This document shows, piece by piece, positions 46,222 through 56,325 of a stretch of DNA of 64,000 nt. Where the stretch lies: contig AP017308.1 of assembly GCA_001548435.1 (NCBI GenBank), positions 503,030-567,029 of the forward strand, in the 5' to 3' direction. The notes under the pieces were generated by a model. That model was not told where the DNA came from. It searched no databases and saw only the letters and a list, made by a program, of their open reading frames with translations. The stretch comes from Leptolyngbya sp. NIES-3755. GTDB lineage: Bacteria > Cyanobacteriota > Cyanobacteriia > Leptolyngbyales > Leptolyngbyaceae. Position 1 is the first letter of the stretch; every line of letters begins with the position of its first letter. Both the position numbers and the translations under genes were made by a program.

Positions 46222-49200
46222 CTAAGAGATGGGAACTCCTTCGATTTTGCTATCGGATTGATCATAGAGCGATCGCAGTTTCTCCAATTTCTCTTGATCC
46301 GGATTCCAAAATCCTCGCCCATTCGCCTCAAGCATTCGTGCCACAATGTTCCGAAACGCCTCAGGATTCGCTTCTTGCAATCGTTTCGCCATTTCCGCAT
46401 CAAGCGCATAAGTATCCGCCGCCTGGTCATACACCCAAGATTCTTTGAAATCGACGGTTCCACTCCAGCCAATTAACGCGGTCATTCTTTGCGAAATTTC
46501 ATACGCTCCGCCTGATCCTTGGGCTGCCATCGCTTCCGCCCATTTCGGATTCAATAACTTCGTGCGATACTCCATTCTCAAAAGTTCTTCTAAGTTCCGA
46601 GGCGTTGTATCTTTCGAGAAGCTTTCTACAAAACTAGCTTGAACTTTCTCCCCTTTTTGCTGTTCTGCGGCGCGTTTAAGTCCACCTGTATTCGCGTAAT
46701 ACTCCTGAATGTCGGTTAAGCCATATTCAACGGAATCGATTTCTTGAACAATGCGATCGGTCGTTTTGAGTAATGTTTGTAAAACTTGCGATCGCGCTTC
46801 TCCTTTATCTTTCCTGCCATAGCTAAACACATTCCGACTCTGCCAAGTTTGTCCTAATTCCTCACTCGTTTCCCAATTCGAGTCAACGACTTGATCGTTG
46901 ACTAAAGAGCCATAATCGCCTGCGGGGTTCGAGAATAAACGGGCTGTGGGATTTTCGATACCTTGTTGCGTGAGCGCGATCGCATGTTTCCGAATAAAGT
47001 TCTGATCTTCCGGCTCATCTAGTTCTGCGGCTCTTTGAAACAAATCATCTAATAGCTCAATAATGTTGACAAAGCTATCTCGAAAAATCCCCGATAGATT
47101 TGCGAGAACATCAATTCGAGGATGTCCAACTTCTGAAAGCGGCTTCAAACTGTAGCGAACAATCCGCCCTGTGCCTTCTTTCGTTGGCTCTGCACCAACT
47201 AACTCTAAAAGAATTCCAAGCGATTCTCCTTTTGTTTTAATTGCATCTAATCCCCAAAGCATCACCGCAACTGTTTCTGGATAGCTTTGATGTTCTTTGA
47301 GATGCTGATCAATAATCTTTCGAGCAATTTCGCGACCGCGTTCATAAGCAGCAGGAGAAGGCATTCGATAGGGATCAAGGGCATGAATGTTTCGACCTGT
47401 GGGCAATGCTCCTAAACCATCACGCAACAAATCGCCACCGGGAGCAGGAGGAATGTATTCGCCGTTTAAGCCTCGTAGTAAATTAGTAAGTTCGTCTGGA
47501 GTTTGAAGTAAAAGATTCCGAATATCTATTGCTTCCTGATACCCTTCTAAATCCTCACCTTGAGCAATTCGAGACAGTTCAGAACTATGATCATCAAAAT
47601 AAGCGTTCAAATAACTCTCGATCGCTTCCGCTGAAGGTTTCTCTCCCAATGTATGCAAGCCCGATGAGAACAATCGATTTTCTAAAACTTGCAAGTACTC
47701 ATACAGCTTGATCAAATACTGATTGAAAGCAACATTGCTAAATAGACTAATGTTCTCAACATTGAAAGCAATGCCTAACCGTTTTGCATCTTCAAATGGG
47801 CAATCTGCATCAATGCCAATATCAATGATTTTTTGGACGATCGCACTTTTCAACGCATAGTTCTTTTCTGGGTCTTCCCGATACTCTGCAACTAAATCTC
47901 GAATGTTGACTAGCTCTTTGTACAATCCTGCTCGACCATACGGCGGAACATTATGAGAGATCAAAGTCCCATAGCCACGACGTTTTGCCAAAATCGACTC
48001 TGATGGATTGTTCGCAGCATAGATGTAAAGATTCGGAAGATTGCCAAGTAAGATATCTGACCAGGAATAGCCAGTATTTCCAAGCGGTGAACCGGGCAAC
48101 CATTCAACAGTGCCGTGCATCCCGAAATGTACGATCGCATTCGCTCCAAAGTCATTTTGAAGCCACTTATAAAACGCTGCATATTGCGGATGTGGTGTTA
48201 AATCTCGCTCAAACATCAATCGCATCGGATCACCAGAAATCCCTAGCGGCGGCTGTACTCCGATCCAAACATTACCAAGCTGTACTCCACCCCAAACTAA
48301 GTCATCCCCTAATGTTTTAATGCCGCTACTCGATAGTGACTGCCATTGTTTCTTAACTCTCGAAGTTAATAGATAGCCTAACCACTGTTCTAATGTTTGA
48401 GTGGAGATTGCAATAGAGTCGCTTTCATCGGCATTCTTCACAGCCTGAATTAAAGCTTCTCCATCTTCGGGTAAGTCTCCAAGCTCGTATCCTCGCTCTT
48501 TCATGGCTTGAAGTAGCTTGATGAGCGATCGCGGAACATTCAAAAGTGCTGCCGTTCCGACTGCCCCATATCCCGGTGGGAATCCATAGAGCAAAATTGC
48601 AATCTTCCGCTGATTTGCAGGAGTTTGACGTAATTTAATCCATTGATTTAATCTTCCGGTTAATCGATCGACTCGTTCTGGAACTAAATAGATTGTTTCC
48701 CCAACCAAACCACCGAGCGGAATTGTATCGATCGCTCCATCCAATTCCGGTAACGAATACAAAACCACGCTCTGTAATCCGCCAATTCCCTGTCTCGTCC
48801 AAGAATGAATATCTTGAATCAACAATGGAGCCGCAACCATGTAAGGAACATTCTTTGCGCTGAGAATCCGTTTTGCTACTTCGATCTGCCGCCCTGCTTC
48901 CATTGATCCAGCGGGACCACCAACTAAAGGAAAGCCGATCGTAGAAACAATGGCATCCACTTTCACCGCTTGATCCGACAATGAAAGCGTTTCTTTAATT
49001 CCACGATCGCGCATTTCCATCTCATATTCAGTCGTCATCAAATCGCGAACCGCAACATGACCTTCAACGCCATTAATAAAAATCGGAACCGGAATCAAAT
49101 TCGCTTTCTCAAACGCTTGAATCAACTTCGGAATATATGGCTGTTTTGTAATAACGTGCTTCCGATACAACAAAATTCCAACTATTGGAGAATCAGAATT

Positions 49201-49878
49201 GAAACGCTGTCGATACCACTCTAAATATTGCTTAGGTGATTCAAAATAACCTGAATAATCTGGATGTAATAGACCAATATTCGGAGTCTCGATCGCTTCT
49301 GCAATTTCCCCGATCGATAAGCCTAGATATTTTTGAGCGATCGTACAAAACATCGCTGCAACATTCTCAGTTCCACCCGCATTCCAATACCCATAAATAA
49401 TCAGCCAATTCCGCAAATCCTGAACCTTCTGAACAGGCACAAACTTCAATAATTTCGGTCCCGTTTTCAGAAAGCTAATGTATCCCGCCAGCTTATCTTC
49501 TTCCCGCCCATTGCTAAATTTATCGAGAATGAACTTAACTGGCTTCGGCATTCCTTTGGGTTTGTCACCAATCGAAAACTTTCCGATCTGCGTCAAACCC
49601 ATCAATTCCAATGCCGATTCAAACACCAATCGAATTGGAATGGTCTGAACTCGCTCTCTCAACCAAAGCACCTGATCATAGTCAAACAGGAGACTCGCAA
49701 AAAACACATCCGCTTGCTTGAGTGCGGCTTCGACTGTAGTTGGATTACTTGTGAGATCTCGATCGCTAAACACGCAAATCTCCAACTCCGGACACCGCTG
49801 ATGCGCCAGTTCCGCTGCCTGCCGATACAGTCCCGCATTAAACGACTCAAATCCTGCAATCAAAACAATCCGCTTCAT
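46222..49878 (-). CDS. cobN: Cobaltochelatase subunit CobN (CobN/Mg-chelatase H family)
   Basis: 1218 aa, CobN-length member of the CobN/ChlH family with conserved central and C-terminal blocks. Confidence 0.8.
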   Translation of the reverse strand: MKRIVLIAGFESFNAGLYRQAAELAHQRCPELEICVFSDRDLTSNPTTVEAALKQADVFFASLLFDYDQVLWLRERVQTIPIRLVFESALELMGLTQIGKFSIGDKPKGMPKPVKFILDKFSNGREEDKLAGYISFLKTGPKLLKFVPVQKVQDLRNWLIIYGYWNAGGTENVAAMFCTIAQKYLGLSIGEIAEAIETPNIGLLHPDYSGYFESPKQYLEWYRQRFNSDSPIVGILLYRKHVITKQPYIPKLIQAFEKANLIPVPIFINGVEGHVAVRDLMTTEYEMEMRDRGIKETLSLSDQAVKVDAIVSTIGFPLVGGPAGSMEAGRQIEVAKRILSAKNVPYMVAAPLLIQDIHSWTRQGIGGLQSVVLYSLPELDGAIDTIPLGGLVGETIYLVPERVDRLTGRLNQWIKLRQTPANQRKIAILLYGFPPGYGAVGTAALLNVPRSLIKLLQAMKERGYELGDLPEDGEALIQAVKNADESDSIAISTQTLEQWLGYLLTSRVKKQWQSLSSSGIKTLGDDLVWGGVQLGNVWIGVQPPLGISGDPMRLMFERDLTPHPQYAAFYKWLQNDFGANAIVHFGMHGTVEWLPGSPLGNTGYSWSDILLGNLPNLYIYAANNPSESILAKRRGYGTLISHNVPPYGRAGLYKELVNIRDLVAEYREDPEKNYALKSAIVQKIIDIGIDADCPFEDAKRLGIAFNVENISLFSNVAFNQYLIKLYEYLQVLENRLFSSGLHTLGEKPSAEAIESYLNAYFDDHSSELSRIAQGEDLEGYQEAIDIRNLLLQTPDELTNLLRGLNGEYIPPAPGGDLLRDGLGALPTGRNIHALDPYRMPSPAAYERGREIARKIIDQHLKEHQSYPETVAVMLWGLDAIKTKGESLGILLELVGAEPTKEGTGRIVRYSLKPLSEVGHPRIDVLANLSGIFRDSFVNIIELLDDLFQRAAELDEPEDQNFIRKHAIALTQQGIENPTARLFSNPAGDYGSLVNDQVVDSNWETSEELGQTWQSRNVFSYGRKDKGEARSQVLQTLLKTTDRIVQEIDSVEYGLTDIQEYYANTGGLKRAAEQQKGEKVQASFVESFSKDTTPRNLEELLRMEYRTKLLNPKWAEAMAAQGSGGAYEISQRMTALIGWSGTVDFKESWVYDQAADTYALDAEMAKRLQEANPEAFRNIVARMLEANGRGFWNPDQEKLEKLRSLYDQSDSKIEGVPIS

Positions 49879-49985
49879 ATTGGTTGAGAAAGAGAACTCC
49901 CCTACATTCTACGGATTGTTTTTACTCAGTTTCAGTATTCATGCTTCAACAATCCTCACATCCACTGCGGAATCCTAAAAACGAA

Positions 49986-50822
49986 TCAATGCAGGATCAC
50001 CGTATCCTTTGCTGAATTCGCCAAATATAGGCGGGTACAGTAAGTTAGTCGAACCTGATCTTGGGAATTGCGAAAACGCTGATGAAATGTTGATAACTCT
50101 GCAACCAGCTTGCCTAAATCAGAGCCTTCTGCTGGAGTAAATCCCTGACTCCGAGCTAAACCAATCAATCCAACTAAATCTAGCTGCTGAGTAAACTTAA
50201 ACTCGCACCGTCGGAAATTCGTAAAATAGGGGAGCCATAAGCCCTGCCAAAATAGTTGATAACGCAAGCTCTTAAACAATGTTGTTACTGTCATTCGAGA
50301 TTGTGATTTCTGCTCTTGCTCCTTGGATGCTTCAAAAATCAAACGGCTATACTCTTTTGAGACAGCATCACTTTGATCCCAAAGACTCCAAACCAATGCC
50401 AACTGTCCGCCAGGTTTGAGAACACGACGAAATTCTTGAAGACTCTTAGCAAAGTCAAACCAGTGAAACGCTTGAAACGACGTGACTAAATCGACTGTTG
50501 CCGCCTCTAGTGGAATCTGTTCAGCCGTTCCAGTCAAAAACTCTACTCGTTCATGTGGAGTCGCTGCGGCTCTCATATCCGTATTGGGTTCGATCGCGAT
50601 AACCCGAACGCCACGATCGGCTAACAACCTTGCGCCAATCCCTGTCCCTGCTCCAACATCCGCAGCAAACAACTGACTGGGAGAACCCAAGCCCAACAAA
50701 ATGGCATCAATTGCGGAAGCTGGATGAATCGGACGATATTTCTCATAATCTTCGCCCCGATCAGAGAAGTAGCTCAATGGATTTGGTGTCGAATCTGAGG
50801 CAGTGGTGAAATCAAAACTCAT
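49986..50822 (-). CDS. Class I SAM-dependent methyltransferase
   Basis: Motif I DVGAGTGIGARLLADRGVRVIAIEP and motif II/III spacing. Confidence 0.8.
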   Translation of the reverse strand: MSFDFTTASDSTPNPLSYFSDRGEDYEKYRPIHPASAIDAILLGLGSPSQLFAADVGAGTGIGARLLADRGVRVIAIEPNTDMRAAATPHERVEFLTGTAEQIPLEAATVDLVTSFQAFHWFDFAKSLQEFRRVLKPGGQLALVWSLWDQSDAVSKEYSRLIFEASKEQEQKSQSRMTVTTLFKSLRYQLFWQGLWLPYFTNFRRCEFKFTQQLDLVGLIGLARSQGFTPAEGSDLGKLVAELSTFHQRFRNSQDQVRLTYCTRLYLANSAKDTVILH

Positions 50823-51125
50823 ATTTCTAACCTCGCCGCAAGTTATGTTTTCACACTAGCTTAAAGACTCAGATCGTAATCTAATAAATTATTAAAACGA
50901 AAGTCGCGATCGCGCATTATTACTCAAGGATGAGAGAAAAAATGATTTACGATCGTGGAAATCCCTCGACGGTTTCAATTCACACACTCAACCAACATTC
51001 AAGGGAAAAACGCGACTGAGTTTAGAAAATTAGTTCGATCGATCAAACCAGAATGTCTCGACTCTCCAAAACTTTGTCCGGGCGATCGAAATCCGCAATA
51101 AAAACTTTCTGGATGCGGTACTACT

Positions 51126-51332
51126 CTACTGCTCCAGTGTTGGATCAAGTTTTTTAAGGAATTCAGGGAAGTTCTGGAGATCTTCAATAGATTCAACGGG
51201 AGGAAGTTCGATCCAGTTTGCCTCGACTTCCGAGCGATCGACGTAAGCGAAAAAGGCTTCCTCATCCTCTCGATGGTCAAGTAAATACGCTCTTAGCTCT
51301 TTTCGACTCATTGCTGAAAAATCGGGCTTCAT
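51126..51332 (-). CDS. Small conserved hypothetical protein
   Basis: ORF only; paired with the adjacent small minus-strand ORF. Confidence 0.35.
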   Translation of the reverse strand: MKPDFSAMSRKELRAYLLDHREDEEAFFAYVDRSEVEANWIELPPVESIEDLQNFPEFLKKLDPTLEQ

Positions 51333-51368
51333 ACCTCAAAAACCTCCATCGACCTCGTAGACATTGAA

Positions 51369-51665
51369 TCAATCTTCTAACTCTTGCTGTCTTGCTGACA
51401 CAACCATATCAAGAAGATAAGGACGCAACCGCTCAGACAAAATCGATTGAACGCTTACAAGGGCTGATTTCCACACATCATAGTCGCCGGATTTGCCAAG
51501 TCCATAATCGAGTAGAAAATTCTTTGTCACTTCCAAGACTTGAAGATAATCGCTCTCTGTTAGTTCTGATCGAATTTGTTCAGTAGTTTTCATGGTTCTT
51601 GACTGCTTACTTTTGCTTAAAAGTATTCGATTTCTACCAGAACAGCAACAAAACAGACCTCTCAT
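51369..51665 (-). CDS. Small hypothetical protein (start probably internal, at MKTTEQ)
   Basis: ORF only. Confidence 0.3.
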   Translation of the reverse strand: MRGLFCCCSGRNRILLSKSKQSRTMKTTEQIRSELTESDYLQVLEVTKNFLLDYGLGKSGDYDVWKSALVSVQSILSERLRPYLLDMVVSARQQELED

Positions 51666-51683
51666 CCTACGTTTATCTTCAAC

Positions 51684-51706
51684 AAAAAAGGAGGTCTAAA
51701 ACCTCC
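51684..51706 (-). terminator. Rho-independent terminator of the apc operon (GGAGGT-n5-ACCTCC followed by a T6 run on the minus strand)
   Basis: Hairpin and poly-T read from the sequence, directly downstream of the apcC stop. Confidence 0.55.
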
Positions 51707-51745
51707 CGCTAATGCTCAGAGTTAGCAAACCTTACGATCGAACAA

Positions 51746-51949
51746 TTACGCCAGACCTGTATTTGCACCCGGTCTGCCCGTTGCGAGTTCAACCTTCACA
51801 ATTTTTCCACCCATTTTTTGGATGCGTTGCTGCTCTTTGAACCAGTTCTCGTAAGGAACCAGCTTCGTAAAGAAGGTATTTTGCAGTTCGCGTTGTGTCC
51901 GAATCCGAGTTTGGCTCGGCACACAAGCGGTGATCTTGAACATTCTCAT
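51746..51949 (-). CDS. apcC: Allophycocyanin-associated core linker LC7.8 (CpcD-type domain)
   Basis: 67 aa MRMFKITACVPSQTRIRTQRELQNTFFTKLVPYENWFKEQQRIQKMGGKIVKVELATG; classic ApcC sequence. Confidence 0.85.
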   Translation of the reverse strand: MRMFKITACVPSQTRIRTQRELQNTFFTKLVPYENWFKEQQRIQKMGGKIVKVELATGRPGANTGLA

Positions 51950-52259
51950 TTGGAATCTCTCCTAAAGGATGAAGAAAGCAGACACAAATTAGACGCAATG
52001 CAACGAGTGTCTAGCGGGTCGAGTTTAGAAAAATCTCAAAAATCGATCGCGCTTTAGATTCAGCTAAATGAATAGCAACTTAACAAATCTAAACGGATCA
52101 ATCAGGTTAAACAAACCTCTGTTTAAAAGGTTGGAAGCCAAGAGTCAATATTAAATCGCAAAAGCCAGATCAGCCTCAACCACTTAATACTCACTCCAGA
52201 CTTCCAAACCAGTCGAGAACGCTAGAGAATGAAGGAAACCCTCACCCTTTATCAATCTC

Positions 52260-52745
52260 TTAGCTCAAACCAGAGCTGATGTAGTCGAAGTAAACGCCCA
52301 TTTCTTTTCCAGCATCAGCACCCACCAAACCAGCGGTGACTTCTTTCATCGCTTGGATCGATTGAACGGTTGCTGCAATGGGTACACCCAAGCTGTTGTA
52401 GGTTTCTTTCAATCCGTTGAGAACGCGCTCATCGAGGATCGAAGGATCTCCCGCCAACATTGCGTAGGTGGAATAGCGGAGGTAGTAGTCCAAGTCACGG
52501 ATGCAAGCAGCATAGCGACGAGTCGTGTACATGTTGCCACCGGGACGGGTGATGTCCGAGTACAACAAGGATTTTGCGACTGCTTCTTTCACGATCGCTG
52601 CTGCGTTAGCAGAGATGGTGGTTGCTGCACGAACACGCAGTTCACCAGTTTGGAAATAGCCTTTGAGCTTTTCGAGCGCTGATCCGTCAAGGTACTTGCC
52701 TTGAACATCAGAAGTGTTGATTACCGAGGTAATTGCGTCTTGCAT
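52260..52745 (-). CDS. apcB: Allophycocyanin beta subunit
   Basis: 161 aa, [10 protein letters not shown]...[14 protein letters not shown] phycobiliprotein beta signature. Confidence 0.92.
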   Translation of the reverse strand: MQDAITSVINTSDVQGKYLDGSALEKLKGYFQTGELRVRAATTISANAAAIVKEAVAKSLLYSDITRPGGNMYTTRRYAACIRDLDYYLRYSTYAMLAGDPSILDERVLNGLKETYNSLGVPIAATVQSIQAMKEVTAGLVGADAGKEMGVYFDYISSGLS

Positions 52746-52809
52746 GATTAAAGTTCCGTAAGTCGCGTGGTCTTAAATTAACAAAGGAGGAAATCGATCA
52801 AGGCAGAAA

Positions 52810-53295
52810 TTACTGCATTGCACCGATCACGTAGTCGAAGTATGCGCCAGCTTCAGACGCATCATCAGACGAAAGCAAGGACGCTGCAACGTTCTTCATT
52901 GCGCGGATGCCTTCTGCAACTGCGGGGATCGGGGTTCCCAAGGAGTTGTACATTTCACGAACGCCAACGATTCCGATTTCTTCGATCGGGGTGACATCGC
53001 CTGCAACAATTCCGTAGGTCACGAGACGCAGATAGTAGTCCAAGTCACGCAAGCAGGTAGCGGTCATTTCTTCGCCGTAAGCGTTTCCACCAGGAGAAAC
53101 GACATCAGGGCGCTTTTGGAACAATTGGTCGCCTGCTTGCTTGACAATGCGCTCACGTGAGTCCGTCAAGGTTTGAGCAATCCGCAAACGCTTTTCGCCA
53201 GTGGTGACGAAGCTCTTGATCCGATCCAATTCGCCGGGGCTGAGGTAACGTGCTTCAGCATCAGCATTCACGATTGATTTCGTGACAATACTCAT
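52810..53295 (-). CDS. apcA: Allophycocyanin alpha subunit
   Basis: 161 aa, [29 protein letters not shown]...[14 protein letters not shown]. Confidence 0.92.
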   Translation of the reverse strand: MSIVTKSIVNADAEARYLSPGELDRIKSFVTTGEKRLRIAQTLTDSRERIVKQAGDQLFQKRPDVVSPGGNAYGEEMTATCLRDLDYYLRLVTYGIVAGDVTPIEEIGIVGVREMYNSLGTPIPAVAEGIRAMKNVAASLLSSDDASEAGAYFDYVIGAMQ

Positions 53296-53570
53296 TGATG
53301 GATTCCTCCAAGGAAATGTAACCGAGTGTGTTTAAAAGCGGGAGTTCCCCAAATGGCTTAGTAAGTCTTTGCGCCCGGAACTTTGCTTGCTCTTGGCGGT
53401 TTGACTTAGCGACCTTCCGAAATTATTTTGCGGCATTGCGATCCCCTTCTCGGTCGATTTGCAACATTTTGTAATATCTTTACTCAGGATAGAGCGGATC
53501 TATCTTTCAGTAGAGCCACGGAGAGAGAAATGCGTTTAGGATCTACCGCACGGTTGATCTAGAGCGCTAC

Positions 53571-55508
53571 ATGAAGCGATCGTTTTCACGCAATGCCTTG
53601 ATCGGGGTTTGGTGTTCGCTAGTGGCATTGATTGGGATTGGATTGTTGTCTTACTCGACCCTGACGGGGTATCGGGAGGCGCAGCGATGGGAAAGTCACA
53701 CCCAGCACGTTTTGTTAACGACTGAAGCGCTGTTGTCTCAGTTAAAAGATGCGGAGATCGGACAGCAGGGCTATTTGCTGACGAACGATCGACGGTATTT
53801 GCAGCCGTATGATGATTCGATCGGGGTCGTTGATGAGACGATAAATCGCCTACAAGATCTGACGAAGGACAATCCTATTCAGCAGAAGCGGCTTGAGCAG
53901 ATTAATCGATTGAGGCTCGATCGATTGTCGCTGTTAAAAGAGACGATTCTGTTAGCCGATACGAACCGAATTGGGGAAGCACGATCGATTGCAAAAAGCG
54001 ATCAAGGTCGGTTTCTAATGAATGAGATTCGCGGCTTAATTTACGCGGTGCAAACAGATGAGCAGCACTTATTAGAAGCGAGATCGGCGGCTGAGCGAGT
54101 TCGATTAAATACGATCGTGGGTGTAACGCTTCCGAGTTGTTTAGCGATCGCGCTATTTCTAGAGCTTTTAGTTTGGCAATTACGACGAAATCTAATTCAG
54201 CGTGAGGAAGCAGAGAAAGCACTTCAGAAACAAAATGACAAGCTCAATCTACTGTATGACACAACGCGAGAATTATTGTTAGCTGAAAATCCAATTACAC
54301 TGCTTGATGATCTGTACGAGCGGCTTTCAGCACAGTTGGGATTAGATCTGTATCTGAATTATCTAGTAACACCAAGACAGAAGGATTCTTATCTCAGGTT
54401 GGCATCATCTCGTGGGTTAACAGCGCAACAGAAACTAGATTTTTCAGAGTTAGAAATTGGGCAAGCGGTTTGCGGTGGAGCCGTACAAGATGCTGTACAA
54501 GTCTGTTTAAGTGATGTTCAAAATTCAGCTTCAGAAAAAGCGCAGTTAATTAAAGCGATCGGGATTACGGCTTATTCGAGTCAACCTTTAATCAATCAAG
54601 GAAGAGCGCTAGGAGTCTTATCTTTTGGGAGTCGATCGAGGACTTCTTTCACGATTGAGGAACAGGAATTGATGCAAGCGGCGGCGGATCAAATTGCGAT
54701 CGCGCTCGATCGATCTGATTTAGTCAAATCTCTCCAATTCCGAAGCGAACAATTAGCAAAATCGAATCAAATTAAAGACGAATTTTTAGCTGTTTTGTCG
54801 CATGAATTACGCACACCGCTCAACCCAATTTTGGGATGGAGTCAATTACTTAGACAACGAAAGTTTGATCAAGCGGGTCTAGAGAAGGCATTAGAAATTA
54901 TTGAACGCAATGCGAAAATTCAGATTAATTTGATTGATGATTTATTAGATATTTCGCGAATTCTTAAAGGTAAGCTGGTTTTGAAGAAAGAACTGATTGA
55001 TTTGAGAACTGTAATTCAATCAGCGATCGACACTGTTCAACTTTCTGCACACGCGAAAAGAATTACGATCAAATCTGTTAGTCCTGATGATTCTTGTATA
55101 GTTTTAGGGGACTCGAATCGAATACAACAAATTGTTTGGAACTTGCTTTCAAATGCAATCAAATTCTCGCCGGAAAATGGGCAGGTTGAGGTTTCGTTAG
55201 TACAGATAGGATCGATCGCTGAAGTAATCGTTCAAGATCACGGTATTGGAATTGAACCCAGATTTCTGCCGCATGTGTTCGACCATTTTAGACAGGCGGA
55301 TGGGAGTAGTACTCGACAATTTGGCGGATTAGGACTCGGACTCGCGATCGTGCGGCATCTCGTTGAACTACACGGTGGAACGGTGCGGGCAGAAAGCGAG
55401 GGAGAAGGGAAGGGGGCAACCTTTATTGTTGGATTACCCGTTTTAGAATTTGCGGATTTAAAACAACTTCGCTGGTTTGAGAAACAGCCAACCAACGAAG
55501 AAAAATGA
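53571..55508 (+). CDS. Sensor histidine kinase: CHASE3 extracytoplasmic domain, GAF, HisKA, HATPase_c
   Basis: TM, then CHASE3 (QGYLLTNDRRYLQPY), then GAF, H-box (LAVLSHELRTPLNPI), N/G1/G2 boxes. Confidence 0.85.
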   Translation: MKRSFSRNALIGVWCSLVALIGIGLLSYSTLTGYREAQRWESHTQHVLLTTEALLSQLKDAEIGQQGYLLTNDRRYLQPYDDSIGVVDETINRLQDLTKDNPIQQKRLEQINRLRLDRLSLLKETILLADTNRIGEARSIAKSDQGRFLMNEIRGLIYAVQTDEQHLLEARSAAERVRLNTIVGVTLPSCLAIALFLELLVWQLRRNLIQREEAEKALQKQNDKLNLLYDTTRELLLAENPITLLDDLYERLSAQLGLDLYLNYLVTPRQKDSYLRLASSRGLTAQQKLDFSELEIGQAVCGGAVQDAVQVCLSDVQNSASEKAQLIKAIGITAYSSQPLINQGRALGVLSFGSRSRTSFTIEEQELMQAAADQIAIALDRSDLVKSLQFRSEQLAKSNQIKDEFLAVLSHELRTPLNPILGWSQLLRQRKFDQAGLEKALEIIERNAKIQINLIDDLLDISRILKGKLVLKKELIDLRTVIQSAIDTVQLSAHAKRITIKSVSPDDSCIVLGDSNRIQQIVWNLLSNAIKFSPENGQVEVSLVQIGSIAEVIVQDHGIGIEPRFLPHVFDHFRQADGSSTRQFGGLGLGLAIVRHLVELHGGTVRAESEGEGKGATFIVGLPVLEFADLKQLRWFEKQPTNEEK

Positions 55509-55894
55509 GGCAGTGAACAATTGAGCAATGTCGATCGCGGAAAGATACCCGTCCATGAATGCGGCGAGTGAACGATCGGTTAAGCCAAATAACCAGGACG
55601 AGATGCCGAAAATCCAAATCCCAGATCGGAGGCGTGAAAGAAACGTAACCAAATCAGCAGACGGCTTACGCATCATAAGTGCGCTCCTATGGAGTAGCTT
55701 GTGGGTTTATTATGACCTATATGTTAAAAAATGTTTTCAGATCTTGCCATAATTCCCCAGATATACATTAGGGTTTCTTGACCTGTGGTATTTGACTCAG
55801 ATCGCAAATCATGGATCGCCCCGATTGCACCCTGCTTCCGTCCTCTATAAAAATTTCGCAAAGCTCTAGGAAGTTCACATTATTGCTGTTGTAG

Positions 55895-56290
55895 TTGGTT
55901 CAAGTTCCAGAGCGATCTTTTATGAAAACCGTCACTTCTGCACGTTGGGCTTGGATTATTTCCGCGATCGTCTTTTCCGCTATTTTTCTCGCAATTCTCT
56001 TTTTCGCCTACAATGGCAAGCTTCCAACGATTCTCACCGAAAACGATAAACTCGCTCATGTCATTCTCTACGGCATCGCAACTTTGCTCGGACACAAAGC
56101 TTTAAGCAATCGACGAATCAGAATTCTCAATATTCCTGTGCCAATTTTTCCAGGATTATTTGCGCTGTTTACATTAGGCGAAGAGCTTGCACAAGGACTT
56201 TCACCGAATCGAAGTTTGGATGCGATCGACTTGATTGCGAGTTTTGCGGGAATTGCGATCGGGTATTGGTTGGCAGAACGAATCAAATAA
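55895..56290 (+). CDS. VanZ-like small membrane protein
   Basis: Four TM segments with a conserved H and E...Q pattern (LAHVILYG...GEELAQG), as in VanZ-family proteins. Confidence 0.4.
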   Translation: MVQVPERSFMKTVTSARWAWIISAIVFSAIFLAILFFAYNGKLPTILTENDKLAHVILYGIATLLGHKALSNRRIRILNIPVPIFPGLFALFTLGEELAQGLSPNRSLDAIDLIASFAGIAIGYWLAERIK

Positions 56291-56325
56291 TCTTGCTTTA
56301 GACACATCAATTATGGTTTGGTGAA

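Noticed and set aside
46164-46472. Overlapping small ORFs on both strands at the 3' end of cobN
   Set aside because: They overlap the cobN C-terminus and show no domain signatures; likely chance ORFs.
49879-49985. Looked for a cobalamin riboswitch upstream of cobN
   Set aside because: The intergenic region is only about 107 bp and cobN appears co-transcribed with the upstream methyltransferase. There is not enough sequence for a B12 aptamer.
52353-52682. Plus-strand 109-aa ORF
   Set aside because: It is antisense within apcB, which is unambiguously coding on the minus strand.
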